A stretch of DNA of 54,490 bases, filler included, from Squatina squatina (lineage: Eukaryota), in assembly GCA_031763465.1 (NCBI GenBank). It is 2 parts of 2 records of this genome, joined end to end, with 100 filler letters (N's around TTAATTAATTAA, not from the genome) between each part and the next. Parts side by side here need not be neighbours in the genome. Positions count along the whole stretch, not along the records: positions 26,703 to 54,490 come from JARFOE010000234.1; 1 more part is not named here. One strand, 5' to 3'. Shown one piece after another: positions 51,320 through 54,490 of the stretch (the stretch's first letter is position 1; every line of letters begins with the position of its first letter). The position numbers and the translations under genes were made by a program. A model generated the notes under the pieces. The model saw only the letters and a program-made list of their open reading frames with translations. It did no database searches and had not been told where the DNA came from.

Positions 51320-51582
51320 GGTCAAAACAAAAAAACTGAAGAAAGGAAAGGGACTAAAGAGACCAACTGAATCATCAGACGATGATGATGAAGAACACGA
51401 TAAGAGGGGTTCTCGTCGCCAGGCAACAGTTAATGTTAGTTACAAGGAAGATGAGGATGCTAAAACAGATTCTGATGATTTGCTTGAAGTCTGTGGGGAG
51501 GATCTCCCTCCTCCTCCAGAGGAAGAAGAAGAATTTGAAACGTTAGAGAGAGTAATGGAATCACGAGTAGGACGGAAAGGAG
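51320..51582 (+). CDS. CHD1: CHD1 exon (263 nt)
   Basis: [31 protein letters not shown]...[16 protein letters not shown]. Confidence 0.95.
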
Positions 51583-52373
51583 GTATGTTATAAATCTTCA
51601 AAGGAGTATTAAAATACGACATAAATAATGGCACATATTGGCCGGCAAGCTGGTAAAATAGTTTTGCAATGTAAATATAATNNNNNNNNNNNNNNNNNNN
51701 NNNNNNNNNNNNNNNNNNNNNNNNNNNNNNNNNNNNNNNNNNNNNNNNNNNNNNNNNNNNNNNNNNNNNNNNNNNNNNNNNNNNNNNNNNNNNNNNNNNN
51801 NNNNNNNNNNNNNNNNNNNNNNNNNNNNNNNNNNNNNNNNNNNNNNNNNNNNNNNNNNNNNNNNNNNNNNNNNNNNNNNNNNNNNNNNNNNNNNNNNNNN
51901 NNNNNNNNNNNNNNNNNNNNNNNNNNNNNNNNNNNNNNNNNNNNNNNNNNNNNNNNNNNNNNNNNNNNNNNNNNNNNNNNNNNNNNNNNNNNNNNNNNNN
52001 NNNNNNNNNNNNNNNNNNNNNNNNNNNNNNNNNNNNNNNNNNNNNNNNNNNNNNNNNNNNNNNNNNNNNNNNNNNNNNNNNNNNNNNNNNNNNNNNNNNN
52101 NNNNNNNNNNNNNNNNNNNNNNNNNNNNNNNNNNNNNNNNNNNNNNNNNNNNNNNNNNNNNNNNNNNNNNNNNNNNNNNNNNNNNNNNNNNNNNNNNNNN
52201 NNNNNNNNNNNNNNNNNNNNNNNNNNNNNNNNNNNNNNNNNNNNNNNNNNNNNNNNNNNNNNNNNNNNNNNNNNNNNNNNNNNNNNNNNNNNNNNNNNNN
52301 NNNNNNNNNNNNNNNNNNNNNNNNNNNNNNNNNNNNNNNNNNNNNNNNNNNNNNNNNNNNNNNNNNNNNNNNN

Positions 52374-52529
52374 GAGGGAGGTTGGAGAACGGCAGTATCT
52401 GATTAAATGGAAGGGATGGTCCCACCTCCACAACACCTGGGAAAGTGAAGAAACACTTTTACAACAGAATACAAAAGGAATGAAAAAATTAGAGAACTAC
52501 AAGAAAAAGGAGGAGGAAACCAAACGTTG
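52374..52529 (+). CDS. CHD1: CHD1 chromodomain 1 exon, partial
   Basis: [39 protein letters not shown]; donor GTATGT at 52530. Confidence 0.93.
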
Positions 52530-54031
52530 GTATGTAATGTAGATGAGAATCTTTCCTTCTATCAAAATCTGACAGACAAAACTTGCTGAAACCACACACA
52601 TTTTTGTATCAAGTTTTGTTCTGTTGCAGCTTTACACTATTCATTTCCTGTTGGAATTCATTGTTACAGCCCCACAAAAAAGTTTCTGCATGGTAATGTA
52701 AAAAGGAGGGTTTTACTACCTGAGATCAATTAACCTCTTTACCTGTAGTCTAATGCTAAAGAACTATTTTTTACAAGAATTGCAGTAGTTTTCCTTTAGG
52801 TTGTCTGAAGTATATGTTTTATGAGCTGAATTGGGAAGATACCTGAATTTTCGAGATATCGTAACTGGTAAAATCAGCACTTGGCAATCACTCCATGTCA
52901 CGAAACAGGACCACTTGACAGTTATATTTGGCACATTTTGATAGCTTTTAAGTTGGGGTATGTAATTAAAACATGATATTGTTTCCTGTATCTACAATGC
53001 ACTCCAGTCCTTCCAGTGCCCACCGGTCGTGGAAAGCTTCTCCTCATAGCTCAGATGCATCAAGTTAGGAATCAATTGCATTGTCCTTTTCAGCCTCCAA
53101 TGTCTGGATATCCTTGGCATGTTGCAGGAAACCAGCTTTATACCAATTCCGGCTTGCTGTATGTGAACTTGATTAATTGAACTGAATTTTTAATTAAGTG
53201 GATCATTAAATATGTTAACCTGTTAGATAAAGCACATTGAATAGGATGGAGTGATTACTGAGCATTTATCTGCTGGAGGCAGATAGAATTAAAGGGGAAA
53301 GTAAAGTTCAAGAGATTTATGATTGTCTTCTGAACATTGGCAGTCTTGACATTACTCTTTGGTACTTGTGGTTACTTCTATTATATATACTAGTGGATCA
53401 ATGCAATGCTTCCTTAAGTCCAAGCATTGTACTAAGTAAAACAACATGGGGCAGATATTCCCATTGTCTGAATGTATGGATTGCCTGAACACAACGTGTA
53501 GNNNNNNNNNNNNNNNNNNNNNNNNNNNNNNNNNNNNNNNNNNNNNNNNNNNNNNNNNNNNNNNNNNNNNNNNNNNNNNNNNNNNNNNNNNNNNNNNNNN
53601 NTACAGATTTGTTTAAAAAAACAATTTTGATTTAAATATGTAGCCAATATTATTCAGGAAAGTGAAATTGACCATATTTACACACAATGGCATTGCAAGT
53701 TTTCTTTTTTCATTGTGGAATGGTGATCAATTTAGCACGTTACCCATTTATATGTACAAGATAAAGAATCAGATTGCCCAAATGGTAATTTTTCTCTTCT
53801 GAAGTACTTGTTAAAATTCCTGTCCGTTTTCTTGCACGTGTGGTGATGACCATAAAATGTGTAGTGATGAATTGCTTAAGCTAACATTAAACAATCTAAA
53901 TGTTATGGTTTAAATAGCTTTCACTGCATTTTAATTTACTTGACAGTTCACAAAAAATGAAAGTTAAAATTTAATGAAAGTTAAAATTTGCTATTTTGCA
54001 ATGATCATTTATTGCTGTCTTCATTTCCTAG

Positions 54032-54248
54032 GAACAATAGCGTTATTCTCGCTGATGAAATGGGTCTAGGGAAAACCATACAAACCATCTCCTTCCTCAG
54101 CTATATGTTCCACGAGCACCAGCTGTATGGTCCTTTCCTATTAGTAGTTCCGCTCTCAACACTCACTTCCTGGCAACGAGAAATTGAGATGTGGGCGCCT
54201 GAAATGAACGTCGTAGTTTACTTGGGGGACATCAGTAGCCGTAATATG
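54032..54248 (+). CDS. CHD1: CHD1 SNF2 ATPase exon (217 nt)
   Basis: [46 protein letters not shown]...[10 protein letters not shown]. Confidence 0.9.
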
Positions 54249-54490
54249 GTAAATTGCTAATTGATAATGTTATGTATTGCCGCATCCAGCAATTAGTCTT
54301 TTTGTCCTTAAAGGGACACATTAACTTTAACAGCATATTTTCTGAATTAGGCGGTTAGTGTAAAATGATGCCTCATCCGACTTAGCACGTGCAACAGTGC
54401 AGGAGATTAAAACTAGTTCAAATTAGTAGGCTAAACAAATATCAAGTGGGGTAATATCTTGTCTCAAGCTATTTCATTCAGTGTTTTTGT

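Noticed and set aside
53957-53989. 17-bp tandem duplication aatgaaagttaaaattt
   Set aside because: Ordinary intronic micro-duplication

Overview
Eukaryotic DNA, most likely from a cartilaginous fish (inferred from the repeat content: CR1/L2 LINEs, Deu-domain SINEs, Penelope and Harbinger relics). The window is a heavily gapped pseudo-scaffold of ~1 kb contigs, mostly joined by 100-N spacers, with an artificial N44-TTAATTAATTAA-N44 linker at 26603-26702. Left part: exon fragments syntenic with human 22q11 (BCR exon 1; two DERL3 exons flanking a U12-type intron; two SMARCB1 exons; a probable GSC2 exon 1 with promoter; an intronless TSSK1/2-like kinase; one DGCR2 exon), then CBLL1 and SLC26A3 exons. 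Right part: ~21 kb of repeat-rich intergenic DNA followed by six CHD1 exons. Most notable: a triplicated 78-bp PBX/PREP+CCAAT module with in-frame uORFs fused to the CHD1 Ser-rich exon, the GSC2-like exon with K50 homeodomain sites upstream, the TSSK1/2-like gene beside DGCR2, and a ~42-bp satellite derived from a CR1 tail. No prokaryotic-type system or CRISPR array was seen. Gene identities rest on recalled protein sequences, not database searches; repeat boundaries are approximate.
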